Source: the human T2T-CHM13v2.0 reference genome, Homo sapiens
DNA length: 64,000 nt
Assembly (NCBI RefSeq): GCF_009914755.1
Contig: NC_060935.1
Strand: one strand, 5' to 3'
The position numbers and the translations under genes were made by a program. Shown here piece by piece: positions 63,681 to 64,000 of the stretch; positions within the stretch are counted from its first letter, which is position 1; every line of letters starts with the position of its first letter. The notes under the pieces are model-generated. The model was not told the DNA's origin. It worked only from the letters and a program-made list of their open reading frames with translations, and did not search any database.

Positions 63681-64000
<320 letters not shown>

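Overview
Primate (human-like) genomic DNA, rich in Alu, L1, L2 and MIR repeats, recognisable as the DCPS-GSEC-ST3GAL4 locus. It holds the last four coding exons of the scavenger mRNA-decapping enzyme DCPS (+ strand, 6810-21017, with the HIT motif) and two candidate poly(A) regions (21136 and 25221-25385). A CpG island at about 30.7-31.7 kb fits the shared promoter of ST3GAL4 (+, non-coding first exons only; no ST3GAL4 coding exon was seen) and the antisense lncRNA GSEC (-). The ST3GAL4 and GSEC names rest on recalled locus organisation. Four structures are not explained by the genes. (1) An old direct duplication of about 7 kb in ST3GAL4 intron 1 (about 39.05-45.85 kb vs 56.15-63.75 kb): each copy has its own Alu insertions and diverged flanks, yet a 2 kb core is about 99% identical with no indels, which suggests gene conversion, and both copies carry candidate splice sites. 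(2) A non-Alu inverted repeat of about 280 bp that brackets an inverted Alu pair in the extended DCPS 3' UTR. (3) A 7-unit polypurine tandem repeat. (4) A decayed antisense ERV1-class provirus (integrase, env, 3' LTR) that ends where duplicate copy B begins. All identities were estimated by eye. No new protein-coding system is supported.
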